IMG/VR virus record: IMGVR_UViG_3300044475_000063
Span: 32,001-96,000 of that record
Reading direction: 5' to 3' (one strand)
DNA from: a virus
DNA: 64,000 nt
Below, piece by piece: positions 16,105 to 25,823 of the stretch (position 1 is the stretch's first letter; every line of letters begins with the position of its first letter). The notes beneath the pieces are model-generated. The model saw only the letters and a list, made by a program, of their open reading frames with translations. It did not search any database and was not told where the DNA came from. A program made the position numbers and the translations under genes.

Positions 16105-16373
16105 TTGCACACCTGTTTTCCATTGTTGTCCATGCGAGGCGTAATTGCTGCGCCTCGGTTATAAGCGCCGTCCCAGCCAAGATAGTGACAGCCGGTGCGC
16201 GCATCAATTAGAACCCACATACCGCTGCGCCCATTTGGTGGGTCTGAGTCATCGCGTACAGTGTTGTCATAGGGCTTCGCTTCGGCTTTTATTGGGGCGA
16301 TTTTAGGCTCACATTGAGGCGAGCCAGAGCAGCCAGATAAAAGAACAAACAAAACACCAAAGAAGATTTTCAT
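16101..16373 (-). CDS. lipoprotein (90 aa)
   Basis: Signal peptide with lipobox LLSGC. Confidence 0.65.
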   Translation of the reverse strand: MKIFFGVLFVLLSGCSGSPQCEPKIAPIKAEAKPYDNTVRDDSDPPNGRSGMWVLIDARTGCHYLGWDGAYNRGAAITPRMDNNGKQVCK

Positions 16374-16618
16374 TTCTCGCGCTCCTTAAGCATGGCATCG
16401 GCAATTAAGAAAGCTTGCTTAGCCGCAAAATCATAAACATCAACAAGATAGTTATCCCCTGGCCGTGTTAAATCGACATTGAGCCACGCTTGCATCGCCT
16501 TTGCCGCGAAGTAGTCACGGATCGAAAGGCCGGGGAATTGCCAAGTATTAGGGCCGTCTTGATGCCCCTCTACGCCAGAAGTAGAAACTGGGAATGCTGG
16601 CTCACTAACTTTGCTCAT
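16370..16618 (-). CDS. hypothetical protein (82 aa)
   Basis: Overlapping start/stop with neighbours. Confidence 0.55.
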   Translation of the reverse strand: MSKVSEPAFPVSTSGVEGHQDGPNTWQFPGLSIRDYFAAKAMQAWLNVDLTRPGDNYLVDVYDFAAKQAFLIADAMLKEREK

Positions 16619-16986
16619 TCCTTCTCTCCCGGCAGCACTACGTCTCCGTCTTGGATGGCGCGGCGGATGGCGGCGTTGGCGATTGTTCGCTTAGAGAACA
16701 AAGCTGCTGAATCGCTTACTGCGTCCAATTCCTCATTGGTCATGCGAGTCTCTGGAGACTTAGGTTCTGGCTTGATGCGGAACGTGCCATGCAGAGGAAA
16801 ATTCCAATCATCATCCTCCATATCCTTAAAGAAAGCTTTGCCATCTGCAACACCAGCGAATCGTTGCACAACTTCTCCGTTTGCCTTGGCAATAATGAAT
16901 TCTGCTAGTTTGTGAGGTTTTTTCATTTGCATTCCTTTGAAGTATATTTCAGAGCGAATTTCTGCCATAAAGTCTACGGCGCTCAT
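16615..16986 (-). CDS. hypothetical protein (123 aa)
   Basis: ATGA overlap with the upstream gene. Alternative internal start at 16926. Confidence 0.55.
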   Translation of the reverse strand: MSAVDFMAEIRSEIYFKGMQMKKPHKLAEFIIAKANGEVVQRFAGVADGKAFFKDMEDDDWNFPLHGTFRIKPEPKSPETRMTNEELDAVSDSAALFSKRTIANAAIRRAIQDGDVVLPGEKE

Positions 16987-17201
16987 TTTGAAAGTTCCCA
17001 GCCTTCCTCTTGAAGCTTTTCAGCATAGAGGCGGTTAATCGAGAACATGTAGTAGAAATTGGCGAAACCGAACGTAAAGAACGAGATAGCCGCTTGAGGC
17101 CACATGCCACGGCTGATGAAAACGAGGAAGCCGAAGAAGAAAGTAGTCCAGCTAAAGCCCTCGGGGACGTGGCGGGTGATGTTGTTGCGGGTTGCGATCA
17201 T
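16983..17201 (-). CDS. two-pass membrane protein (72 aa)
   Basis: Two hydrophobic segments: WTTFFFGFLVFI and AAISFFTFGFANFYYMF. Confidence 0.6.
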   Translation of the reverse strand: MIATRNNITRHVPEGFSWTTFFFGFLVFISRGMWPQAAISFFTFGFANFYYMFSINRLYAEKLQEEGWELSK

Positions 17202-17335
17202 TACATTTCCTTTGGGTGGACTCGTTCGGTTTTAATGAAAAGTGGGATAAAACCAAATAGACACACTTTGGTTGTACGATGAAGTTTTTCATTTTGTGGG
17301 CCAGATAGGTGATAGCTCACATCAAAAGTAATCAT
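17201..17335 (-). CDS. small hypothetical protein (44 aa), first gene of the island
   Basis: TAATG overlap with the next gene. Below the ORF-track cutoff. Confidence 0.35.
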   Translation of the reverse strand: MITFDVSYHLSGPQNEKLHRTTKVCLFGFIPLFIKTERVHPKEM

Positions 17336-17438
17336 TTAAATCTCCTATAAATTATTCAGTAACAACATCATGCCTTAGATGGTTGCGCGTTACCAATAGA
17401 TTTTTTCTATTGAATTTGGATTGTGATATTATTCCGCT

Positions 17439-18530
17439 ATGGCTACCTATCAAAGATACGACCGCGCCGAATTTAAGGCAACCAAGACTGACGAGGGCTT
17501 TCTAGTCGATAGCCCTATCGTCGGTCGAGTCGGCATTCAAGAGTATCGCCGCGCTGATGGCACGATGCGACGTGAGTTGCGCTTGCCTGAGAATGTATTC
17601 CATGCCGATGCGCTGGCTTCAATGCGCGGCAAGCCGATTACTAGCGGCCATCCGGGCTCGGGAAAAGTTACTGCGGCTGATTCTCACCGCGTGACTATTG
17701 GAACGATCCTGAGTGAAGGTCGTCAAGATGGCGATAATATGCGCACCGACATTGTTATCCATAATGTGGCGGCAATGGGGAAGAATAAAGAGCTTTCCCT
17801 AGGATATACGTGCCATATGGACGAAACGCCCGGTGTGCATCCGGTGTATGGCCCTTACGACGCTATTCAAGGCGTCCCAATTACCAATCATTTATCCGTT
17901 GTCCCCGTTGCTCGCGCTGGCGCAATCGCCCGCTTGAACTTGGATAGCATGGATCAGGAAGATTTTTCAACCCAGCAGGAGCAACAAACTATGAGCATGG
18001 TCAAAGTACGACTTGACAGCGGCTTAGAGTATGAATGCGCTCCCGAAGTCTCGGTGGCGCTCGACAAGCTGCGCTCCGATGCTGCGGAAGCTGCAACCAA
18101 ACTCGCGGCCATTCCAACCCTGACGGCAGAGCGCGATACGCTGAAAGCGCGTGTTGACGGCTTTGCGGCAGAACTGACTAAGGCTAAAGACGAAGGCAAG
18201 GCCGCTGGCCGCGCCGAAGTTGAAGCTAAGGCCAAGCTGGATGCGGTTGCTACTGCATTCAAGATCGACGCTAAAGACATGACTGAGCGCCAAGTCAAGG
18301 AAGCGGTTATCAAAGCCGTTACCCCAGCGCTGGTTCTGGATGGCAAAGACGATGCCTATATCGATGTTGCCTTCGCAATGGCCCAAGAGTTCAAAGGCGA
18401 TGCAGCCATGGCAGATCAGCGCCAGAAAGCGCAACATCGCAACGACGGAGGCGATAACAAAGCCCAAGGCAGCATGTCGGCGCGTGACAAAATGATTGCT
18501 CGTATGAGCGGTAAGAAGGAGGACAAATAA
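17439..18530 (+). CDS. prohead scaffold/protease-like protein (DUF2213-like)
   Basis: N-terminal GIQEYRRADG...GKPITSGHP pattern. Ala/Lys/Glu-rich coiled-coil C-terminus. Sits upstream of the capsid gene. Confidence 0.65.
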   Translation: MATYQRYDRAEFKATKTDEGFLVDSPIVGRVGIQEYRRADGTMRRELRLPENVFHADALASMRGKPITSGHPGSGKVTAADSHRVTIGTILSEGRQDGDNMRTDIVIHNVAAMGKNKELSLGYTCHMDETPGVHPVYGPYDAIQGVPITNHLSVVPVARAGAIARLNLDSMDQEDFSTQQEQQTMSMVKVRLDSGLEYECAPEVSVALDKLRSDAAEAATKLAAIPTLTAERDTLKARVDGFAAELTKAKDEGKAAGRAEVEAKAKLDAVATAFKIDAKDMTERQVKEAVIKAVTPALVLDGKDDAYIDVAFAMAQEFKGDAAMADQRQKAQHRNDGGDNKAQGSMSARDKMIARMSGKKEDK

Positions 18531-19018
18531 TGCCTATCCCACAAACTACCTTCGGCCAGTACTCGGCTGCTGGCTTCGCTGGCTTGCTGTACGATTCTGG
18601 CTTCCGCGACACTATGTCTTATTCGGCAGAGGGCGCGATTCCATTCGGCACCTTCGTTAAACTGGGTACGAACAAAGAACGCCAAGTTCTGGCCCCTACC
18701 ACTGCTGCCGGTCAAGCCGCGCTGCTGATTGGCGTAGCTGCCGCAAGCGCCATGGCAGAACAAGCCTACCCTTCGACTGGCGCGGCTGCCGCATATGCTG
18801 CTACTGAAAGCGTATCGGTGCTGAAAGACGGCCGTATTTGGGTCCAAACCAATGATGCCGTAGTAGCTGGTGCAACCGCTAACTTTGTGCTGGCTAACGG
18901 CACTGTTACCGATGAAGCCGTTACTACCGGCATCGAAGCCTTCACGCAACTGACCGTGAAGTTTATCACCGGCACGACTGCTGCTGGCCTCGCTGTTGTG
19001 GAGATTGCGCCAAAATGA
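18530..19018 (+). CDS. head decoration/cement-like protein (tentative)
   Basis: 162 aa between the scaffold and major capsid genes. Confidence 0.5.
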   Translation: MPIPQTTFGQYSAAGFAGLLYDSGFRDTMSYSAEGAIPFGTFVKLGTNKERQVLAPTTAAGQAALLIGVAAASAMAEQAYPSTGAAAAYAATESVSVLKDGRIWVQTNDAVVAGATANFVLANGTVTDEAVTTGIEAFTQLTVKFITGTTAAGLAVVEIAPK

Positions 19019-19995
19019 ACATGAAAACTGACAACATGCACTACGATGCCCAAGACCTGCGCATCATCGAAAACACCGGCCTGCTGCGTGAGGATGCTGG
19101 CGAGTCGGTATTCTTCGCTCGACAACTGGAGTATGTGCGCTCCAAGACCTATGATGTTGAGTACGTCAACCTGTCGGCAATGGAACTGTTCCCGATTGAT
19201 ACTTCGGTTCCCTCTGGCGCGAAGTTCATTACGTGGCGTCAATGGGACGGCGTAGGCTCGGCAAAGATCATCGCCAACTATGCGGACGATCTGCCACGCG
19301 TTGACGTGCAAGCGCTGGAAATGACCACTCCAATCCGTTCGATTGGTGACAGCTACGGCTACGACGTGCAAGAGATTCGTTCGGCGCAGTTCGCTGGCGT
19401 GGCTCTGGACGCAAAGCGCGCTACCCAGGCTCGCAAGGTCATCGACCAGAAGTTCAATCAACTGGCATGGTTTGGCGACACCGTATCAGGTCTGCCGGGC
19501 TTCCTGTCGAACGCGAATATCCCTGCTGTGGTTCTGGCTGCTGATGGTACTGGCTCGTCCAAGACCTTCGCAAGCAAAACGCCAGATAATATCATCCGCG
19601 ATATGAATGCTTTGGTGAACTCGATCTTCGTTACCACGAAGGGCATTCACCGCGCTAACGAACTGTGGATGCCTCTGGCTCAGTATGCCTACATTAGCTC
19701 GACTGCTCGCAGCGCAACCAGCGATACGACCATTCTCGACTTCTTCCTCGCCAACAACCCGTTCATTCAATCGGTCAAGCCGATCTTCGAACTGACTGGC
19801 GCTGGCGCTGGCGGTGTTGATCGCATGGTGGCTGCTGAAAACAGCGCTGATAACTACCAGATGAACATCACCATGCCGTTCATGCAGCACCCTCCACAGC
19901 CTCGCAACCTGTACTTTGAAGTCCCTTGCGAAGCCCGCTTCGGCGGCGTAACCATCGAACGTCCGCTGGCATTTGCATACGCTGACGGCATCTAA
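19015..19995 (+). CDS. major capsid protein
   Basis: 326 aa, by position after scaffold/decoration. Strong terminator downstream. Confidence 0.75.
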   Translation: MNMKTDNMHYDAQDLRIIENTGLLREDAGESVFFARQLEYVRSKTYDVEYVNLSAMELFPIDTSVPSGAKFITWRQWDGVGSAKIIANYADDLPRVDVQALEMTTPIRSIGDSYGYDVQEIRSAQFAGVALDAKRATQARKVIDQKFNQLAWFGDTVSGLPGFLSNANIPAVVLAADGTGSSKTFASKTPDNIIRDMNALVNSIFVTTKGIHRANELWMPLAQYAYISSTARSATSDTTILDFFLANNPFIQSVKPIFELTGAGAGGVDRMVAAENSADNYQMNITMPFMQHPPQPRNLYFEVPCEARFGGVTIERPLAFAYADGI

Positions 19996-20023
19996 ACTCG
20001 CGTGATGGTGAGTGTGTAGCACT

Positions 20024-20051
20024 AGCCCGCCCTTCACCGGGCGGGCTTTTT
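20024..20051 (+). terminator. rho-independent terminator after the capsid gene
   Basis: AGCCCGCCC-TTCACC-GGGCGGGCT followed by TTTTT. Confidence 0.8.
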
Positions 20052-20067
20052 ACTTTTGGGGAATTAC

Positions 20068-21414
20068 ATGGCACTTTTCGGGCGTACAAAACAGCAGGCG
20101 CTAGCTGCGATAGCGCGCACAAAAGATCGCAAGGGGCGTCGTCGCGTAGGTGGAGGGCAGGGGAATATTGTTCCAGCAGTTTCGCCTCTGCGTTTTGTTA
20201 CCACGCAAAACAGGATGGCTAGCGGCCTTGGAACCGTTCCTGCAAATCGTTCTGCATGGGACTTCCGTATGCCTTACGTAATCGCCAGTGGCGACGTGGA
20301 TGGTATCGTTTTCACATGGACCAATCAGAACCCAGCAGCCCCAGACTCAACCGCGCTTTCGCCTATTGTTCTGAATGACGTCTACATCGAAAACTCTAAC
20401 GCAACCGCTGCAAAACAGCTTTCGCTCGACGGACAAAGCTACCCATACACGCTGGTATCTGGAGCCAATGATATCCGGCATGTGAAATTGCTCCCATCCG
20501 ACCTTGGCGTTTCAGTTTTCACGCCCGGCGATACCTTGTACGTAAAAGGCCGTGGCAGCATGACTCCTGGTATGCAGTTCCCGAACATGGCAGACCGTAT
20601 TCCAGTATCGGACGCTAGCAAAATTTTGTGGACCCTCTACGACCCTACCGCTACTACGCCATCCGCGCTGTCAACGCCGGGAGTCCAGACGGTTGTATCG
20701 GGGGCTGCCTTCCCGATTACCAGCAGCGGCGGATTCTGCCCGTTTGCTCTCGGCACGTTTGTGCAGCCGTTGGCCTCTCGTAAGCCAACGTTTGCCGGCT
20801 TCGGCGACAGTAATTTGTTTGGCTTCCGGGATACCGCCCTTTTGTACCATGGAAAAGGCGAATTCCAGCGCATGCTTACTGGCAACGGAACGAATAGCGA
20901 CCTCATGGCAGGCGGGAATTTCTCTGTGACTGGTTACACGATTCAGCAGATTAACCACCCAAAAATCATCTACTGGAGCCAGTTTGCGGACAAGATTATT
21001 GATGAAGTTCTGGTCAATTCGTTTGGCTCCACTGGTGTAACCGACCAAGCCACTATTCGGCCTATTAAACAAGCTCTATGGGACGCCTATAAATCAGCAA
21101 ACCCAAATGCTACGGTGTATAGCTGCGATGTCGGCCCGCGCACTAATGGTGCATGGACACTTGCAGATCAGTCGGACCAAACTTATTTTGCTGGCTTTGG
21201 TCCGGGCGGCAACATTGAGACGTTCCGCACATGGTTTATTGCACAGGCCGGGCTGCCGAACACCTACAACACGCTGGTGCAGTTCACTGCATGGCGCGGC
21301 AGTCCAGACCCGCTGAAATGGCCGGGGGGTGGCCTTACTGATGACGGCACTCACGCGCTATCAACGACCGTAGCAGCAAAAGCAGCACAACTGCGTAGTA
21401 TTGTTTTGTCTTGA
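20068..21414 (+). CDS. protein with C-terminal SGNH/GDSL-type hydrolase domain
   Basis: FAGFGDSNLFGF (block I) and LTDDGTHAL (block V Dxx H). Basic N-terminus. Confidence 0.6.
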   Translation: MALFGRTKQQALAAIARTKDRKGRRRVGGGQGNIVPAVSPLRFVTTQNRMASGLGTVPANRSAWDFRMPYVIASGDVDGIVFTWTNQNPAAPDSTALSPIVLNDVYIENSNATAAKQLSLDGQSYPYTLVSGANDIRHVKLLPSDLGVSVFTPGDTLYVKGRGSMTPGMQFPNMADRIPVSDASKILWTLYDPTATTPSALSTPGVQTVVSGAAFPITSSGGFCPFALGTFVQPLASRKPTFAGFGDSNLFGFRDTALLYHGKGEFQRMLTGNGTNSDLMAGGNFSVTGYTIQQINHPKIIYWSQFADKIIDEVLVNSFGSTGVTDQATIRPIKQALWDAYKSANPNATVYSCDVGPRTNGAWTLADQSDQTYFAGFGPGGNIETFRTWFIAQAGLPNTYNTLVQFTAWRGSPDPLKWPGGGLTDDGTHALSTTVAAKAAQLRSIVLS

Positions 21415-21484
21415 TATTTAGACATAAAAACAGAAATCTTCTGCAAGGTTATAATCTAATTTCATCATCACTACGGAGAATCAA

Positions 21485-21772
21485 ATGAAAATCGAAAACA
21501 TTAGCGCACGTCTGTACATTCTTTCGGATGGTACTAAGCTGATCCCTAACGAAACTACCAAAGGCGTTTCTGACAGTCTTGCAAAAGAAGTCGAGGGCAT
21601 CAAAGAACTAAAGGTGACGCAAGAAACTAAGGCTCAAGAAGTTGAGTTCAAGGAAGTACCAACTACTGTCAAGGAACTGAAAGCGGCGCTTGATAGTCTG
21701 AATGTTGAGTACGCATCGAATGCCGACAAGGCTGAACTGCAAGCCCTGTACGACGAAAACAAAGCCAAGTAA
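21485..21772 (+). CDS. hypothetical head-associated protein with HeH/SAP-like C-terminal motif
   Basis: TVKELKAALDSLNVEY...KAELQALY. Confidence 0.5.
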   Translation: MKIENISARLYILSDGTKLIPNETTKGVSDSLAKEVEGIKELKVTQETKAQEVEFKEVPTTVKELKAALDSLNVEYASNADKAELQALYDENKAK

Positions 21773-21774
21773 TC

Positions 21775-22194
21775 ATGACGACCGCGCTGGAATATTTTCG
21801 CATCATCGGCAAGCAGTTCGCCGCGCTATCTGACGCTGAGGTACAGGCATGGTTAGATATGGCGACGACACTTGGTGCTGCCGGTTGTCTCTTGGGCGAT
21901 CCGGCTAACCTTGCTACGGCGCTTTATGCTGCACACTTGCTGCAACTAGATGCGGAGAATTCCAGCGGCGAAGGCGGGCGCGGGCCTGTGAAGTCAGAGA
22001 AAGAAGGCGACTTGGCCCGCTCCTATGGTACTGGCGGCTATACCGATGGCTGGCTAGGTTCCACAGGCTACGGGCAACAGTACGCAAACATGCAGCTTGG
22101 ATGCACTGGCGCTACGATCATGACGCGCTATGGTCAAGATATCCCACAAGGAATCGAGGTAATCAATGGCCTCCCGCCATACTACAGACCGTGA
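21775..22194 (+). CDS. head-tail adaptor (DUF4054-like, tentative)
   Basis: Position and N-terminal pattern FAALSDAEVQAWLDMA. Confidence 0.55.
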   Translation: MTTALEYFRIIGKQFAALSDAEVQAWLDMATTLGAAGCLLGDPANLATALYAAHLLQLDAENSSGEGGRGPVKSEKEGDLARSYGTGGYTDGWLGSTGYGQQYANMQLGCTGATIMTRYGQDIPQGIEVINGLPPYYRP

Positions 22195-22624
22195 TTTGGG
22201 CCTAAAGCGCTTCATGCGAGAACTTCAGAAGGCGCGAGTCACTGAGGTTGTAGTGGGTGTGCAGCAAGGCTCTGATAACGCCGATGGTGAATCTATTGCT
22301 GAGTATGCCGCATACAATGAGTTCGGCACAGAAAAGATTCCTGAGCGCTCTTTTATGCGCTCAGCGTTTGATGAAAACGTAAATGACCTGAGCAATCAAC
22401 TGGATCGAAGCTATGCGCAGATTCAAGCAGGAACGATGACCGTTTATCGTGCGCTCGGCTTAGTCGGTTTGCGCCATCAAGATCAGATACAGCACAAGAT
22501 TGATACGAACGTGCCGCCGCCCAATGCGCCAGCAACGATTGCAGCTAAAGGATCAAGCCACACGCTGATTGACACAGGCGCTATGCGCGCTTCAATTCGA
22601 TACATTATCAGGCCCGTACGATGA
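22166..22624 (+). CDS. HK97 gp10-like head-tail joining protein
   Basis: IAEYAAYNEFGTEKIPERSFMR motif. Confidence 0.6.
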   Translation: MASRHTTDRDLGLKRFMRELQKARVTEVVVGVQQGSDNADGESIAEYAAYNEFGTEKIPERSFMRSAFDENVNDLSNQLDRSYAQIQAGTMTVYRALGLVGLRHQDQIQHKIDTNVPPPNAPATIAAKGSSHTLIDTGAMRASIRYIIRPVR

Positions 22625-22959
22625 GTTTTAGAAAGCCACAAACGATTATCCGCACTACGCCGGGACAGTATGCCGATGGCAAGTGGGTAGAAGGCGCACA
22701 AGTTACTGTGCCTATTTTGGCATCGGTTCAGCCTGTAACGGCAGAAGATCAGATCGTCATGCCAGCCGGTAAGCGATTGTCAGACTACGTGAAGCTTTAC
22801 ACCTCGACGGAGCTAATCCCGTTGAGTGAAGGTAGTCAGCAGCAGCCTGACCGCTTAGTTTGGCGCGGCAAGGAATATGAATGTATTGAGCTTGGAGTAC
22901 GACAGATGCGGGTAATTGACCACTTCAAAGCGATCTTCTCATTGGTGCAGCAATCATGA
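22621..22959 (+). CDS. head-tail/neck protein (by position)
   Basis: Overlapping starts in the late operon. Confidence 0.5.
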   Translation: MSFRKPQTIIRTTPGQYADGKWVEGAQVTVPILASVQPVTAEDQIVMPAGKRLSDYVKLYTSTELIPLSEGSQQQPDRLVWRGKEYECIELGVRQMRVIDHFKAIFSLVQQS

Positions 22960-23474
22960 TTTCAGATACCGTATTGCAGCGCCTAATTGTGCAAATCAGC
23001 GGCGAACCATCCGGCAAAGTTATCTGGATGAATGAGAATGCGCCGCGCCCCGTTTTGCCATATCTGGCGATTCGGGTTAGCCCTGCGCGCCGCATCAACA
23101 AAGACCGCTATTCAGACGTAGATGCTAACGGAATTCAGACGGTAGTAGGCGACCGAGAATTTACCTTGAGTGTGCAAGCGTTCGGCTACGATAGCCCTGT
23201 CTCGTACTTGCAAGACTTTGCCGACAAGCTGCAACTAATCACGAACAATGACCGCTTCCGCGCCCAAGGAATGGCTTTGCGCGATACAAGTACGGTCATG
23301 GATATTTCTTCGTTGCTGAGCAATACTAAAATCGAGAAACGCGCCAATCTAGATTTGACTATCGGCTATCGCTCGGTGCAGACGGATAATGTGGGCGTCA
23401 TCGAAACCGCAAACATCGAGGGGCGCGACAATGGTATTAATTCGCCCGTTTATACCATCATCGCTAACGTTTAA
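22956..23474 (+). CDS. tail completion/terminator-like protein (by position)
   Basis: Last gene before the sheath. Confidence 0.5.
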   Translation: MISDTVLQRLIVQISGEPSGKVIWMNENAPRPVLPYLAIRVSPARRINKDRYSDVDANGIQTVVGDREFTLSVQAFGYDSPVSYLQDFADKLQLITNNDRFRAQGMALRDTSTVMDISSLLSNTKIEKRANLDLTIGYRSVQTDNVGVIETANIEGRDNGINSPVYTIIANV

Positions 23475-23558
23475 ATCAGAAATAGCAATTGTTTTTACCT
23501 ATTGAAATTAAAGGTATAATCAGTTTTATCTAAACCACGTTTGATAGGAAGCCCGAGA

Positions 23559-24890
23559 ATGGCTACTCTCCAAGACATCACAAATGTAGTTATTACTTTG
23601 AACACTGCTTCTGTTCAGCGTGGTAACTTTGGTATTCCCCTGATTGCTGCTCCTTTGGCGTCTTTCTCTGAGCGAGTCCGTAGCTACACGGATTATGACG
23701 CTCTGAATCCAGATAACCTCCCGGCAAATGTGCAAACCGCACTGTCGGACGCATTCGGCCAAACACCTCGCCCTTCCGTGGTTAAAGTAGGCCGCTTGAG
23801 CATTGCAAGCGTGGTTATTACGCCTGTTGATGCAACGCCTAACGGCGTGTACTCGCTGAACGTAGGCGCTACGCTTGTTTCGGTGACTGCCGTTGCATCG
23901 CCAACCACTACCACTATCGCCGCGCAGCTTGCAGCCGCGATTACTACTGCGCTTGGCGCTGGTGGCACGGCAACCGCATCCGGCGCTAACGTGACGATTA
24001 CTTACAGCGGCAATGTTATCCCGCTAACCAACTTCGTAAAAGTGGCATTCGGCATGATTACCCCATCGTCTACTGCTGGTATCGTCGCAACCGATCTGGC
24101 TGCAATCCAAGCTGCTGATAGCGTTTGGTACTTCCTGATTATGGCGGAGCGTACCAAGCAACGCGTACTAGATGCTGCTGCATGGGTTGAGACGCAAGAC
24201 AAGATGTTCTTCGCCGCAGCAGACGAGGCTGCGATTCTGACTCAAGGCGGCACTACTGACCTTCTGGCGCAATTGAAGGCGCTGAACTATTTCCGAACTG
24301 TTGGCGCATATCACAGCACCGCAGCGACCGAATACGCCGATGCCGCATGGGTTGGCCGCGTCTCGCCTACTCAGCCGGGTTCGGAAACTTGGGCGCTGAA
24401 ACGCCTTGCTAGCGTCACTAGCGACAATCTGTCGAAAACCGATCAAACTACGATCTTTGGCAAAGGCGGCAATACCTTTGAGCGCTATAGCGATCAATTC
24501 TCGCTGACCAATCTGGGTAAAGTTGCTGCTGGTGAGTGGATCGACGTTATCCGCTTCCGCGACTGGCTGAAAGATTACATTCAGACGAGCATGGTTCAAC
24601 TGATGGTGAACCGTGACAAGATTCCGTACACCGATGCGGGTATCCAACTGCTGGCAACCAATCTGCGCGCCTCGCTGCGCCAAGGTCAGACCGTTGGCGG
24701 CATCGCACCGGATGAAACCGCAGAGGATGGCACCAAACGTCCCGGCTTCAATATTACTGTGCCTCGCGCTTCGGAAGTTGACGACGCAACCAAAGCATCG
24801 CGCATCGTCTATCTGAAATTCAACGCCCGCATCGCTGGCGCTATCCATGTAGCCGATATTAACGGCGCGCTGGCTTACAGCCTTGACTAA
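23559..24890 (+). CDS. tail sheath protein (DUF3383-like)
   Basis: 443 aa directly upstream of the tube gene. ATG at 23559 with an aggaag RBS. Confidence 0.75.
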   Translation: MATLQDITNVVITLNTASVQRGNFGIPLIAAPLASFSERVRSYTDYDALNPDNLPANVQTALSDAFGQTPRPSVVKVGRLSIASVVITPVDATPNGVYSLNVGATLVSVTAVASPTTTTIAAQLAAAITTALGAGGTATASGANVTITYSGNVIPLTNFVKVAFGMITPSSTAGIVATDLAAIQAADSVWYFLIMAERTKQRVLDAAAWVETQDKMFFAAADEAAILTQGGTTDLLAQLKALNYFRTVGAYHSTAATEYADAAWVGRVSPTQPGSETWALKRLASVTSDNLSKTDQTTIFGKGGNTFERYSDQFSLTNLGKVAAGEWIDVIRFRDWLKDYIQTSMVQLMVNRDKIPYTDAGIQLLATNLRASLRQGQTVGGIAPDETAEDGTKRPGFNITVPRASEVDDATKASRIVYLKFNARIAGAIHVADINGALAYSLD

Positions 24891-24904
24891 TCAGGAGAAA
24901 ACAA

Positions 24905-25333
24905 ATGAGTGCAGGTGATGTGCAACGTACTTATGACCCGCAACAGGTGATTATCACTGTTGGCGGTGCAATTGTAAGTGGCTTTACGGACGGCGACTTT
25001 ATTACCGTAAGATATGACGAAGAACGCTACAACGTTAAGGCAGGCGCTGATGGCGAGGTAGCACGAGCCAAGAATGCTAACCGTATGGGGACATTTGAAA
25101 TTACCCTTTCGGCTACTAGTGCTGCAAATGCTGAATTGTCGGCGCTGTTCAATCTGGAAATGCTCGGCGGCTTTGACGTAGTTCTGCCTGTTGCTGTGGC
25201 TGACTTGTCTGGAACTTCTGGCGCCTTTGCTTCCAAGTGCTGGATTAAGCAAGCGCCTGATTTCACTCGTGGCAAGGAGGTAGCAGACCAGACGTGGGCT
25301 ATTTCGGCTGCTGATTTGACCATTTCGTACTAA
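24905..25333 (+). CDS. tail tube protein (DUF3277-like)
   Basis: 142 aa between the sheath and chaperone genes. Confidence 0.7.
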   Translation: MSAGDVQRTYDPQQVIITVGGAIVSGFTDGDFITVRYDEERYNVKAGADGEVARAKNANRMGTFEITLSATSAANAELSALFNLEMLGGFDVVLPVAVADLSGTSGAFASKCWIKQAPDFTRGKEVADQTWAISAADLTISY

Positions 25334-25361
25334 GTAGTAACCTCACCATCACGGAGAACAA

Positions 25362-25823
25362 ATGCAACGCGAAACTTTTATCATCGGTAACAAAGAATTC
25401 TCGGCAATGAAGATCGCGCCGTTCCAGGCGAACTCTATTGCTTTGAAACTGCAAAAGATCATCCTGCCAGTATTGGGTGAATTCACTGGTGGCGGCAAAG
25501 GCAACTTGATGGATATGGATATCAGCGGCCCGCTTAAAACGCTGTCTGAGAGCCTTGACGACAAGGTTATGACTGATATCGTGCTGCCGATGTTTAAAGC
25601 CTCTGGCGTGGTTTGCGTAAGCGAGAACGTCAAGGTTGATAGCGAAGGCGCTATCAATAAAGTATTCGTTGACGCCGATGGCTTGGCTGATCTATACGAA
25701 CTGATTTACGAAGTCGCCATGTTCAACTTCAAGCCTTTTTTTATCAAGCTGAAGGACCGCTTTGGAGCCAGCGTTACCGGAGCAAATCAAGCGGAATTGA
25801 CTTCAGCCGTTGCGGCAGTCTAA
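25362..25823 (+). CDS. tail assembly chaperone (G-like)
   Basis: Lies between tube and tape measure. Contains a T7 slippery run near its 3' end. Confidence 0.7.
   Translation: MQRETFIIGNKEFSAMKIAPFQANSIALKLQKIILPVLGEFTGGGKGNLMDMDISGPLKTLSESLDDKVMTDIVLPMFKASGVVCVSENVKVDSEGAINKVFVDADGLADLYELIYEVAMFNFKPFFIKLKDRFGASVTGANQAELTSAVAAV

Noticed and set aside
17954-20122. Multiple long minus-strand ORFs (e.g. 18416-18949, 18766-19461, 19486-20037) across the scaffold, decoration and capsid genes
   Set aside because: They lie antisense to strongly supported structural genes in a GC-rich stretch. There are no RBSs and the products have Arg/Ser/Ala-biased composition typical of spurious antisense frames.
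21427-21455. Late promoters at the TATAAT hexamers (21450-21455 and about 23514-23519, both in the context aaggt(t)ataatc)
   Set aside because: No acceptable -35 lies at 16-18 nt spacing. They may be activator-dependent late promoters, but that cannot be supported from sequence alone, so they are not listed as features.
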